A stretch of DNA of 64,000 nucleotides from Vicugna vicugna (Eukaryota): the NCBI GenBank assembly GCA_013265495.1, contig MU057416.1, positions 1,296,545 to 1,360,544 of the forward strand, read 5' to 3'. This document shows, piece after piece, positions 38,130 to 49,970 of this stretch. A program made the translations under genes and the position numbers. The notes beneath the pieces were generated by a model, which searched no databases, was not told where the DNA came from, and saw only the letters and a list, made by a program, of their open reading frames with translations. Each line of letters begins with the position of its first letter. Positions within the stretch are counted from its first letter, which is position 1.

Positions 38130-38640
38130 CAAGGCTCCCCCTAAGCCTGGTGTGTGTGCATCACCCCATTTAGTCCTTAGAACCACCCGGTGAGGGACCC
38201 CAGCCACAGACACGGGGAATAACCTGCCCGCACAGCTGGTGAGCTGGCAGAGATAACCTTGACCCAGGCCGGGCAGCTCCACTGACCCTGGGCTCTCACG
38301 GCTGCCGGACTGCTGCGCGCTGTGTGACGAGTGCTGGGAGGAAATGAGGAACGAGGGAAGGAGGGGCCAGCAGGGCTAGGCTTAGGGTTAAGAGCCCCAA
38401 GGCTGGGTCCAGAAATAGCAGTGGCTACTGTTCGCTGTATTAGTATTTAAAGCATTCACAGAGATGTGGTCAGAAGCCCAAATTTAAATGCCGACTCACT
38501 GTTCACTAATTCTGTAACCTGGGGACAAGAAATGGCCGCTCTGAAACGCAGGTTCTTCATCTGTAAGGCACACCTGAGCCACGGCTCGAAGGTCACTCTG
38601 AAGACACAGGGACATAACTCAACGTGAAATATCTCAGGCT
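38130..38640. mobile_element. Two MIR fragments in opposite orientations
   Basis: ctgcccgcacagctggtgagctggcagag (reverse) and ctgtaacctggggacaag...ttcttcatctgtaagg (forward). Confidence 0.6.
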
Positions 38641-39379
38641 CCACGTGCGGCGCTCCCTTCGCTGCTGGTGGTGCCTGAGAGAGGTCCCCCCGCAGGTAAC
38701 GCACCGTCACTGCCTCGTGAAAAGCTAGAGCTCAGAGCAGACACAGCATCGAAAACAAGGCAGTTCACAAGTATGAAGACTTAATAACAACCAATAACAG
38801 ATTCTTATTCTAAGAAAAAACCTGGGTGGGGTGAGAAAAGTCACTGAGAACTACAACCGGTCTTACCAATAATTAAGGAAAATTACATGTGTTATATTTG
38901 CCACTTTGAGAATTAGCCTGGACGCACTCAAGGTTTACTTCACTGGAAGGCAGTTCATCACCAAGGGACTCGGCCAGAAAGGACAGGCTCCTTCTGCATC
39001 GTCCCTTTCCCCCTCTGCCCGCCTCGTTCCAGACAAGAGTACTGTCCCTTACGAGGTAGAAACAAAACAGCAAAATGAAAACGAATTAGTTCTTGGGCAG
39101 ACAGACACCACGATGTGAAAGCGCCTCACAAAGCCAGCGGCCCTGCGCCGGGGGCGTGCAGAGGCCTCCAGCTGGCAGGCTCGGGGAGGCCCTGCCGAGA
39201 GGACTGCTTCAAAGGGCACAGGGCAGTGGAAGGGGCCCCAGGCGGCCGGCCGCTGCCTGTCTGAGTCTCCTCGGGCATCCACCACTCTCCTGGCCCAGCC
39301 GCCCCGCCACAGGGGCAGCCCTGGTCTTCAGGGCACCCAGGCCAGACCTGTGAACCGGCCTCACGCTGTGGTCTCAGGA

Positions 39380-39703
39380 GGAACAGGACCTCCTCTGCGA
39401 AGCCTTCCCTGAGCACCTGCCCCGCTGAGGCTCCACCTGGATGAGTCCATTCTCCTGCACCCCTCAACACGTCCCCTTGACACACACCCACCACACAAAG
39501 TCACACTGACGTTCCATTTTGCTTTCTTCCTAGTCCTTAAAACTATGAAAAATCATCTTGTTCATTTTTTCCCTGGTTTCTTTCCTGCCCTCCCCACCCT
39601 CTGCTCCATGAGGGCCGAGATTCTGTCTTTCTTGTTTGGCCCTTTATTCCCAGCACCTGGCAGGAAGCAAAGAACTCAATAAATATTTGTTGAATCAATA
39701 AAG
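39380..39703 (+). mobile_element. L2 3' end
   Basis: gctccatgagggccgaga...ttcccagcacctggca...ctcaataaatatttgttgaatcaat. Confidence 0.85.
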
Positions 39704-40059
39704 AAATGCAGAAGAGCACGATCAAGTTGCAGGGACAGAAAAGTAAGAGCTGAGCCTGAGGATGTGCATTGTGGCTCACTCTGGTGAGAGGCGGCCGGGC
39801 GGCTCCTGGGCCAGGAGGATTCCAGGGGACAGTCTGACCGGGGCGCCCAGTGAGCAGAACGGACCCAAGTGAGGCTAGAAACCCTGAGAGGAACTGCGTC
39901 GCCCTAAGCCAGCAGCCGCCCGGCATCAGCTGAGGGTGCCGCGCGCAGCACAGACAGCTCCATCACCGACACCACGCTGCAAGTCCCTCAGATGCCAAGA
40001 GCAGATCTTAGAAGTTCTCATCACAAGAAAAAAGAATTTTTTTTAATAAATAAAAATAA

Positions 40060-40680
40060 GTCAACAAGCATTGCAGAGTATTTGGGGAAACAGTTTCAAA
40101 CAGCTGAAAATCAATTTGGCGCCGTCTCTTAAAAGCAAGGTTGGGCCTATTCACAATGTAGATTCTGCGTCTAGATATCCAGCCAAAGGAACTACTGCCC
40201 ATGTGCGACCCCGGGGAAAGTGACACAGCATAATCTGTATCAGTGAAAAATGTAACAATCTACCCATCCACTGACGGACTGATTAATAAAATGAGGTATT
40301 ATTCACACCATGAAATATCAGAGAGCAATTAAAAACGAGGATGTGTATATACGTATGCCCAGATCAGTCTGAAAAACACCGTTCAGTGGAAGTGAGCAAA
40401 CATAGAAGATACACGTGAATCCATCTATAGGTGTATGCGCTCCTAAAACAATACCACGTATTAATTACGAGTACACGTGAGCATATATAAAATACTTCAA
40501 AAGCACATGTCACACTGAACATGGGCTCTGTGAGGTGAGGACAGAGGGAGGGGAAGGAACTGGTGTTCACAGGGAGCTTGACTTTATCTCCAATGTTTCC
40601 TTTCATTAAAAACCCCGAGACAGACATGACAAAAATGCTAACGGTTGTTAACGTTGAGTGATGGGAATATGGTACAGTGT
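40060..40680 (+). mobile_element. L1ME-type 3' region
   Basis: ttttaataaataaa...attaataaaatgaggtattattcacaccatgaaatatcagagagcaattaaaaacgag. Confidence 0.7.
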
Positions 40681-41379
40681 TTAGTGGGAATCAGAAGAGA
40701 GATGCTAGACACAGAGCGAAAAACCGAAAGGATTTCAGGACCAGCTGGAGAGTAGAAAGAAGGCTGAAAGAATGGGGGTTTAAAATGATACTTTTTTCTT
40801 TTTTTTAATGGTGAGAGGCTGGCTGTACGATTAAAAGGACAAAAAAAAAGTGAATTCCATATTAGAAAGCTTTACGTATTAGTGAGAGAGCCAAGTGATG
40901 TCCACCAAGAAGTCAGAATTCAAAATCTCAAGCTGGTACTGATACGCTGTCCTGGGAAAGTGAGCAATAAAACGGGTGCCTCCATTTCCTTAAAACACAC
41001 GCACTTTTGAAAAATCTGCAGAGAATTCACTGTATTGCTGGGTCTATTTACAGCACCCACAGAAACCCAGGGACGGTGCCCTGTACTCAGCCCAGGTTAG
41101 CCTCCCTCTTGGAAAGTCAAGTTACTAAACTGTAACGCACATTTCTGAAAAGCTGGGGGTCTGATCTCTGATCATCACTTAACCTCTCTACACTCCAGTA
41201 AGGCAACTTGGTTAACAGGTTCCTCTCAGTGAGCGAGGTGGAGTAATAGGGCCAACAATAACCCAGATTCACCCTGTTCAAGTGAAACTTTGCACGCGTA
41301 ACGCTCAGTCTGAAATCAAACCCCCTGTTCTTGCATAAGCTTCCGATTATCCAAAGACGAATGCGTTTGTCTTCCCTAA

Positions 41380-41850
41380 AGTGCGCCTCGCTGGCGTCTC
41401 ACGCCGACACGTCCGCACGGCGCCTTTCTGCTCTCTGCAACGGGTTTTGCAACCCCTGGGAAAGTCAACAGCCTCGGCTCTTCTGCAAAGAGGGAAACGC
41501 GAGCCGGTGGGACCGGGGCAGGCGCCTCCGCCGCGCAGCCCGGCTTCCGCTCGCCCCCGCGGCACGCGCCCCTCCGCGCCGCAGCGCCCGCTGTCTCCCC
41601 GCGCAGCCGCGGTCGGCGGGGGCGGCTGGCCCGCGGGTTAGCGGCTTCGGCCGTCCGAGGCGGTCTGCGCGCGCGGGTCCCGCTCCCTGACCTTTGCCTC
41701 CTGCGCAGGCGCGGCCGCCCCGCGCCCCGCGCCCCGCGCCCCCCGCCCCCGCAACTTGGCGGAGCCGCATCCAGACCGGCGGCCTGTGCAGGCTCTGCCG
41801 GGCTGTGCGTGTATCCGAGTTGGTGCCGCCCTGTGTTTGAGCTGCTGACA
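41380..41850. promoter_or_regulatory. Small CpG island (probable internal promoter or enhancer)
   Basis: Very high GC and CpG; (CCCCGCG)n Sp/EGR-type repeats near 41718-41752; NR half-site TGACCTTT near 41688; not repeat-derived as far as I can tell. Confidence 0.75.
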
Positions 41851-42079
41851 GCCAGGGGGCCGGTCTGCAGGTCCTGACCCTACAGAGCCAACAGTTCGGG
41901 ACTGCGTGTCAGGACTGAAGAGAGTGTTTCACCAGAAGACGTTGCTACGTAGCCATCCTACATTAATGGCATTTCTTTCCGTGAACAAACTGAAGAGTTC
42001 AGAAGCACCTGAAAAAAATGACAGCTTAAAAAACAAACTAACGTACTAAAGCTTAGGTTCACTAAGATGAGATGTTTTC

Positions 42080-42332
42080 TTCTTTTGTTTTTTAATTTTC
42101 ATTCCTAATTTCTTTCTTTTTTTTTTCATTGAAGTCCAGTCAGTTTATAATGTTTGGCCCGTTTCTGGTGTCCAGCATCATGTTTCAGTCATACATGTAC
42201 AGACATATATTTGTTTTCACACCCTTTTTCGTAACAGGTGACTACAAGGTATTGAATAGCGTTCTCTGTGCTCTACGGTATGAACTTGTTTATCTACTTT
42301 ATATATAGTACTTACTATTTGTAAATCTCGAC
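42080..42332 (-). mobile_element. Young lineage-specific L1 3' end, 5'-truncated
   Basis: Poly(T), then ttgaagtccagtcagtttataatg...tttctggtgtccagcat; TSD agatgttttc at 42070-42079 and 42333-42342. Confidence 0.92.
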
Positions 42333-43265
42333 AGATGTTTTCAGTTAAAAAACCAACCCAGCAGTGGTTTCTGACTGGGCCTTTCTCATGGGACTTTAAA
42401 ACACTTTTACGATTTTTTTCACCATCACATGGTTGTCATTTCAATGTTATAAGTTACCCAAAAATGAGCTAAATGACTTACCCAAAGTCGTACAGCTAGT
42501 TCATAGCAGAAATCAGATAAGAACCCGTATTTAATGTAGCAATTAAAACTCTGATACAGCGTATTTTCGCTAGGCTGTCACAGGGTAAGTCCTTATTTTA
42601 TTTCCCTTAAAAATAATCGTCTATGTGTCAATGAGGGGGAACACTGAAACAGAAGAGGAAGCCACTGTTAATTATCAGCAGGTCCTTTCTTGACGCAACA
42701 AAAACAAGCTATAAAAATAATGTTGTGTCTTAGAATTCTATCTACAAATTCAAGCCTTCATCGTATTCGTTAATTAAGATCCCCGTAAATCTTCCTATCC
42801 TGTTGCTGAAATTTTCTTGAACTGGCTTACACAGCACCAAAATGCACGTCAGCCACGACACACACAAATCCATCACTCAATCTCGGACCATTAGTCTTGC
42901 CAAGGTCAGTATCGAGTACTCCTGAAATTTTCACTTGTAGAATGAATGGATGTTTTGTACGGATTATCTATTCAGGCAGAAAAAAAGGCGGGGGTGGGGA
43001 GGGAACGAAAACAAGAAACAATTAGCTATTCAACTGGCACTGAGCAAATTCCAAGTATGAAATCCTTTGTTTGTTTTTATTTTGTTTTTGTTTTTCTTTC
43101 CTACCTTGGGACTCCAGTGCGTGAAAAGAAACACACCGGGTGAGATTTTTCTAAAGCCTTTCCACAGACCTTGGTGGGGACGCCGATGTCAGCTCTGGCT
43201 TTATTTGGAACCCAGAGAGGTCTATTTGCATTTCAACACCCTTCTTTTGTTTTCTGTCCCCCCAG

Positions 43266-43289
43266 AGGCTCTACCCGTTCAAACAGCAG
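43266..43289 (+). other. Candidate 24-nt microexon (unverified)
   Basis: Acceptor cccttcttttgttttctgtccccccag| and donor CAG|GTAAGG; no stop codon in any frame. Confidence 0.22.
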
Positions 43290-43504
43290 GTAAGGCTGTT
43301 AGCTGGTTCTAATGACCCTGGAAAAGTCAAAGGAGGAAACTTGTGCAAACAATGCGGTTATTTTAGCTGAAAGCTACCTCTTACTTCATCAGCCAAGCCC
43401 ACAAAGCCCAAGCTAGACCATCTTGTTAAAAATTTACCTTGGATTGGTCTGAGTTCTCTGCCTGGCCTGGAGGGGAGAGAGGTGGAGGGGCCAGGGCGGG
43501 GGGT

Positions 43505-43608
43505 NNNNNNNNNNNNNNNNNNNNNNNNNNNNNNNNNNNNNNNNNNNNNNNNNNNNNNNNNNNNNNNNNNNNNNNNNNNNNNNNNNNNNNNNNNNNNNNN
43601 NNNNNNNN
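43505..43608. other. Assembly gap (104 N)
   Basis: N run flanked by G-run-rich sequence. Confidence 1.
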
Positions 43609-45144
43609 TGGGGTGGGGTGGCAGGGAGCAGGGTGGGGCCGGGCCGGAGCTCTGCCTCCTGGAACCACTCCTGAACACATATCCATAAAGTGTTCCGAGG
43701 TTCACAGGAATCTGCAGGTCACAACATCGGATTCGCCTCTGTCATCTCTGCTGAAGGACTCTCCTACAGAGCGCTGACAAGATTAAAAGAGATAGATGCT
43801 GGTTAGGTGGAGGGAGCTGGAGAAAACAGCAGAGACCCAGCCGTCCCAGGACCCGCAGGACGCGGAGCCCAGACGCTGCTGGCACAGATGACCACGTGGT
43901 CACGCGATCCGGAAGGCGGCTGGCCAAGAGTTTACTGTTCCAAGATAAATGTTTGCTAGATGGCACGTTGCTAACAGGCCACTGCTTCAGGGTCCACGCT
44001 GAAGGTCGGTGTTTGGGAAAAGACTGTGATAGCAATGAGGTGTCACACATTCGAGCTGGAAGGGACAGGAAAGGTCGTTCCCTCAAGGCCCACAGCTCCG
44101 CAGCCAGTGTGTGGCCGGCCTGGACGTGGCCGAAGGCTCTGGGCTCCCAACCCCACGTGCTGGGGCTTTTGGGTACAAACCTGCCTAGGTGGGGTCCACG
44201 GAGAGATCACATGGGATTCTGAGACTTGGCGAGTCAGCCCAGGATGGAGACATCTGCCTGGATTTCAAAGGCCTGACCTTGTCACCACCTGTGACATTCC
44301 TGGCCAGGCATCTAGCTCTTTGATAAGCGACTCTGCTTCCAACTTGCCTGATCTACAACTTCCCTCCTTATTCAGTTTCAATTCCACCATCCGCTGTAAT
44401 GCCCTGCTCACCCACCCCTTGAGCCCCCTCACCTTTGTATTTCCTACCAATCCATCCAGGAAGTCATCAGCCCTGGAGGGGCCTGGCCACCTCCTTGCCC
44501 CTTACTTGCATGTGAATAGTCAGACTCCACTGGAGAAACTCTCAAGTACAGGTGGGCTCGTGGTCACCAGGTCCAAACGGGCCCCATCACAGCCCAGCAA
44601 CTGCTTTCTGTTTCTCCTCTCAGCTCACCTTCCAGCATCCTGAGACTTCCAGCACACCTGTCTCGCCCCTCACCTGCTTCGTCTTCTGTCGCTGGGAGGG
44701 CTCACAGACCCCCTCCCTGCCTTCCGCACCGGGCCTGGATGCTGGGGACCCTCGTCCCCTGGGCTTTGCCTTCTCTCCCCCCCACCACCCACAGCACTTC
44801 TACCACCTTCATCTCAAATCACACACCAATTCTATCAGAAGAGCCCATCGATTCTGCCTTCAAGATATATTTGAAATCAAACTATTTCTCACCACCACCA
44901 CCACCTCAACCAAGACACAGCCATCCCGCACCTAGACGCCCCGCCCCTGCTTTTGCCGCTGCCCCTCACAGTCCGTTCTCAACACGGCAGCCCCAGGGGT
45001 CTTTTGAAATCAGAACCCGGAGCATGTCCCTCCTCTGCCTGAAACCTCCCCGTGGCTTTCCCTTTACCCAGAGTAAAGCCACAGCCCCCGCAAAGGCCTG
45101 AGACCCACGCAGGAGAGCACGACGTGGGGACAGAAGATTCACAC

Positions 45145-45312
45145 CCCGCCGTCCAGTGCAGTGGCCACTAGTGGCCACTACGCTACACGTGGGCAGTGAG
45201 CCCTTGAAGCATGGGTGGTACAACTGATGAAATGTTTTAATTAACAAAAAGTTAATTTACATTAAAATAGCTGCCCGTGGCTGGTGGCGCCGTCCTGGAA
45301 GGCACAGCTCTA
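45145..45312. mobile_element. MER3 (hAT-Charlie)
   Basis: gtccagtgcagtggccacta...gagcccttgaagcatg...aaatagctgcccgtggctggtggc...cacagctc. Confidence 0.75.
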
Positions 45313-45644
45313 AGAGACCTGCCCCCATCCACCCACCCTTCCCGGCCCCACCTCCACTATGAACGCGCCCGTGAAGTCAGACGATGTCACTCTTCTGCTC
45401 AGAACTCTCCAGGGCTTCCCTTCCTACCCAAAATAAAAGCCAAACAAGGTCCTATCATAACTTTCATGGCTCTGTAAGACCTGGCCACCCCACCCACCTC
45501 TCTGGTCAGTCCCTACCCCGGTCTCTTCCGTGTCCACTCCCTGCAGCCGCAACGCTGGCCTCTGCAGTGGACGGTACCTAGAAGGCCGCTGCCTCTGGGC
45601 CTTTGCTCACACTGCGTGCTCTCTGGGACGTCTTTGCCCAGGTA

Positions 45645-45765
45645 TTCTTTTTTTGGAGGGGGAGGTAATTAGGTTTAGTTTTTTAGTGGAGGTGCTGGGG
45701 ATGGAACCCAGGACCTCGTGCATGCTGAACACACGCTCCACCACTGAGCTCTGCGCCCCCCACCC
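45645..45765 (-). mobile_element. Vic-1-type SINE inside L2
   Basis: gggggaggtaattaggttt...ggaggtgctggggatggaacccaggacctcgtgcatgct. Confidence 0.95.
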
Positions 45766-48700
45766 CAGAGCCTCCTCTGCCCACTTCCTCCAGGATGAAC
45801 TCCTGTGACTTCCCAGGGGAGGGGCTGATCCAATCTTATTTGATCCGAACACCCTCCCGAAAAGCCCATCCCTCCAGCCAGCACTCCGGCTCCCCACTCT
45901 GCCTTTCCTTCATAGCACTTATCTCCATCTGATATCTCACGTCTGCTTACTTGTTTATTGTCTGTCTCCCCCAGCAGGGCAGGCCTTTGTCTGTTCCCGG
46001 CAGTACTCCTAGCACCTGAACAGCACCTGGCACTCAAAAAAAAGAGCTGAATTTGAGGAAAGAGCGTGGATGGCTTTATGGTGCTGAGAACTCCTTCCCA
46101 CAGCCCGGCCCCGCCGGCCTGGGCCCCGCGGGCCCCCAGCTCTTCCCAGGGAGGGGTGCAGACCTGGGCCCCCCCAAGTACAGTATTCTCACTTGCAGGG
46201 GGCAGCTGGGCGCTTTGCCTGCCTGGGTTCCATCCTGCACAACAGAACGGAAACAGAGAGGTCAGGTAAACTGTTCAAGTTCAGCCGCAGCGACCCTCAC
46301 CTCGCCTCTCAAGGTGGGGTTTCCAGCACCAACAGAAGATCCCAAGGGCAGCTACAGAGAGATGTGTGAAAGTGTCCAGACTGCTTCACGATTCAGGCCA
46401 GGCCTCCTGAGGGGGAACTGGGAGCAACTGCCTTCCTAACAGGCTGCCTGAAAAACAATTCAGCATCGCTAACAGAGAGTGAACCCTGCCCCCACGTTCA
46501 CCCTTTACGCCTTCCCCAAATGGCCTGTCTTCCTTATCAAATTGCCTTTAGATTTTCAAAATGCTATGCTAAATATAATACTGGTGGCCTTCATGTTTGA
46601 AGATGTGCTGAGGGCACTATTTTTTATGCTAAAATTTTTGCAGTCAGCAAACCGAGTAAAGGCCAGTAAATTCCAGAGCAGCCCCAGAGACTGGGTCAAG
46701 CTCCTCTTAACCTGGTGGACGGGAGTCAGTGCTGCTTTCCCCCGTGGTTTTATCTTTGACACATGAAGGCGGAGCAGGGAGGACCTGGGTAAATTCAAGC
46801 CACCGGTAGTGAAGACAGCCTCAGCCTTTAGTCCTAACCAGACGCGCCGCCGGGCCTGCCAGTGGAAATGATGAGTTGAGCATCGGTCGTGCTGCGCACC
46901 CTGTGCTTTCCTGCTGTTGCCTGACAGAAGCACCGGCGAGCAGCAGCATGACATCTTTGGCCACAAAAATAAAGATACAGCCGGAGTCACCCGCCCGACA
47001 GAGAACCTAAAAAACTGTAGGGACTTTGGGATTCGTTTCCGACATTCTTGCTTGTCAGAGGGGGAAGCCAGGAAGAGCAATTTGCTCCAAAGCACAGGCC
47101 ACACTGAGGCAAGCTGACTTCCCTGTGGTGCCTGTGATTCCCCCCGACCTCGTGAGCGTCCTCCAGTCGGTATTTGGGGGCCGGGGTGGGGGGCAGAATT
47201 TCCACAGAGGGCCTGCATCTGGCTCTTCTGCTGCTCTTCACAGTTATGAATTGCAAATTACTTTTCAAAATTACTTCTCTCAAAATACCCAGACACCTGG
47301 CCACAGGATGCCAACCTGATGCTAAAATAGGTACCTTGAGCAGCTCACCCCATGACGTCAGCCACTCGGCTGCCTTTGACCACGCCGACAGATAGCTCTG
47401 CCAAGAGAAATATGAACAACTCTGGGAACTGATTATGAAATTGGGATGAGTCCAAACTCCTCAAAAGTGATGGCTCTGTTGCTTGGAATGTCCCACTGCC
47501 GGGACATTTTTCTCAACAAGTCAGCTCTGTGTCATGAAGGCAAGTAGAAGAAAGTCAGATGTGCGCAGAACATCCCTGTCTGCCTAACATGGGAATAAAA
47601 GTAACTGCCCCCAGACGTAAGCACGGGCTCACGGCTGATGAGTCACCTTCCACGTCGTACAAAGAAAAAGGTCAGACGTTTGGTAAAGCAACTTAACAAT
47701 GTGTATCAAGCGTATCAAGCGTCACAGGAACGCCTCTTCCCTCTGACACAGTCACCTCATTGCTGAAAACTGAGCTTCAGAGATGATGCGGAAGAAAAAA
47801 GATGTTCACTACAAAATCTGAATCAACCCAGGTGCCCAATAATAGAAAATATATTAATTATGGGTCACGTCCCTAATGGAATATTGCAGAGCTGTTAACA
47901 GGACTCAGGAAGCCCGTCGGGGTACAGGCAGATGCTGGGGACTGTGGCACCATCAGACGCCATGAGACTGTACAGGCACGCGGCTCCTCTCCGGAAGACC
48001 CCAGTCCCGGGCCCTCTCCTAAAGAAATCGGTCGGGGGTGGGGGGAGCGGTCTGTATCCTGAACCCTTCCTCCTTCCAGAGAGGACATGGTTTGTGGAAA
48101 CCTGTGGGTCCCGCCCCTGCAGCCACCCCAGGCTCTGCAAGTAAGCCCCTCCTAGACTAGACTTTGGATACTGGACCCACAGGGAGGAGAGTCCACAGCT
48201 GTGAGACCTTTGTTTTGATGTTTGTTTCTCAAAAACAGAATTTCACATCCTAGGAGGAGCTGCTCTCCCCCCGCCCAGCCCCCGGAAGGGGTCAGTCGTC
48301 CCCACAGACAGGGCAGGGGATGCACCTCTGTCGTGCAGATATTGGTCATTAATGTTCACACGTGAAAGGAGACATGTTTTGTTATAAAAAGCATTAGAAA
48401 GGGGGAAAAATTGACTAAATTCTACATGCCTGTTTCATCGTCTTGAGATCAGAACGTTCACGCAAGCTCAGAAATCTGTATAGAGAAACACGCTCACTGC
48501 TGCGCTAACGCTGAGAACTAGGATGCAGTCGTCCCGGGGGGGTCAGCGAGGAGAGGAGAGGGGGACAGTCCCCGCTGTCGTGACTGATAGACGCGAACTA
48601 AACCGTTTCAAATGAATGTCAGTAATTCCTCCAAGGAAACCCTTAAATTCTACAGGATTTGCTCTTATCTCTCAGGCGCTTCCTAAACCCTCCTACCTGT

Positions 48701-49442
48701 GTTGCTCAAAAACTGTTGCGACCTTGGGTCAAGGAGACACTGGCGCGGGCTCTCGACAGAAAATGTGCTTCTCGCACTAAAATGGCCACTTAAGCAAGAA
48801 TGTGGAAATGATTTATCTCATGGTGCTGGAGTTGGGGCCTCACTCCAGCTGTGTCAGGACCGCACGATCCGTCAGGGACAAGTAGTTATACGCCCCTAAA
48901 CAAAGAGGAGGCTCTAATGGCCCAGAGAGCTGAGTATCTAGCACACCAACATCACCCTAATAAAAGTTAAACCGCCCACATCCCAAGGAATAAAACCACT
49001 GGCAGTAAAAATGCTTCAGTGTTTGAGTGTGGCAGAACACAGCATCGATCTGTTTACATCACGTGAAGATTGTCTTCCAAAGAGGACGTTAAGCAGTGAC
49101 ATGAGCAGAACATTAGGATAAAATCAGAAAGGAAAAGAAACCAAGTGTCAACCAGAGGCCGTCCATTCTGTTCTCTGCAGCGTCGCCAGGACCTAGCAGG
49201 TTCTCAACAAGTATCTGTTGAATAATCAATGGATCAGCGCACAAATAAACAGAGCGCATCGCAATAAAAGCACAGCTGTGATGCGCACTTGCCTTAACAA
49301 GTCAGGAGACTCTGCCCGACAGTGGATGCTGGCTGCGTACATGCTGTATTTAAAAATTGTTAAAATTTAGGTGCAGATGCTACATTTAAAAGATGGCTAA
49401 GAAAAAAAAGATGGCTAAAATATTAACAGAACCAAATTGGGG

Positions 49443-49506
49443 TACTTACTCTAAAAAAATAAATAAACGTAATTACCTCCTCCCCACCAAGATAAAAAAA
49501 AAAATT
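49443..49506 (+). mobile_element. 5'-truncated (headless) Vic-1-type SINE
   Basis: Only the tail aataaataaacgtaattacctcctcccc plus poly(A); TSD agaaccaaa(t/c)tgggg at 49428-49442 and 49507-49521. Confidence 0.85.
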
Positions 49507-49699
49507 AGAACCAAACTGGGGCTACGAAGACTGTCTCTGTAGATTCAGTCGTGCTGGAGTTGCAGGAGATTCTTGGTCAAGCTGACTAATAGGTTTTGAG
49601 CACATCCCCCACCCCCCTTACTCTCCCCCACCGCTGATTCACCATTTCAGCTGCGCACACTAATGGGCTCAGGGGCTGCTCCTGGGACCGTCAGGAAGA

Positions 49700-49970
49700 G
49701 GCAGTGTCCAAGAAGCACCTCGTCTCTTTCCAGAGACTCATCCAGAGCACACCCCTCCGTTCTCACCGCCTCACCACCCGTCCATTCTCCAGTGCTGATC
49801 ACAACCCAGTTATCTGGATTGCTAGTCTTTGTCTGCCCCCTCCCACTAAAAGCTTACTTCCAGGAGAGCAAGAACCTTGGCGGTCCTAGTTTATCAGCGT
49901 ATTCCAGCACCTGACGCGGGGCCTGGTACCTAGAAGATATTCAAATCCTTAAGAGTGAACGGATGACTAA
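49700..49970 (+). mobile_element. L2 3' fragment
   Basis: tctgccccctcccactaaaagcttacttccaggagagcaagaacc...tattccagcacctgacgcggggcctggtacctag. Confidence 0.65.

Larger units (their letters stand above)
44240..46050 (+). mobile_element. Long L2 (L2a-like) 3' half, interrupted by MER3 and a SINE
   Basis: ctctgcctgaaacctccccgtggctttcc; cttctgctcagaactctccagggcttccc; catagcacttatctccatctga; ctcctagcacctgaacagcacctggcac. Confidence 0.8.

Noticed and set aside
46868..46924. Possible C/D box snoRNA (ATGATGA ... CTGA)
   Set aside because: No terminal stem and no recognisable rRNA/snRNA guide; such motif pairs arise by chance
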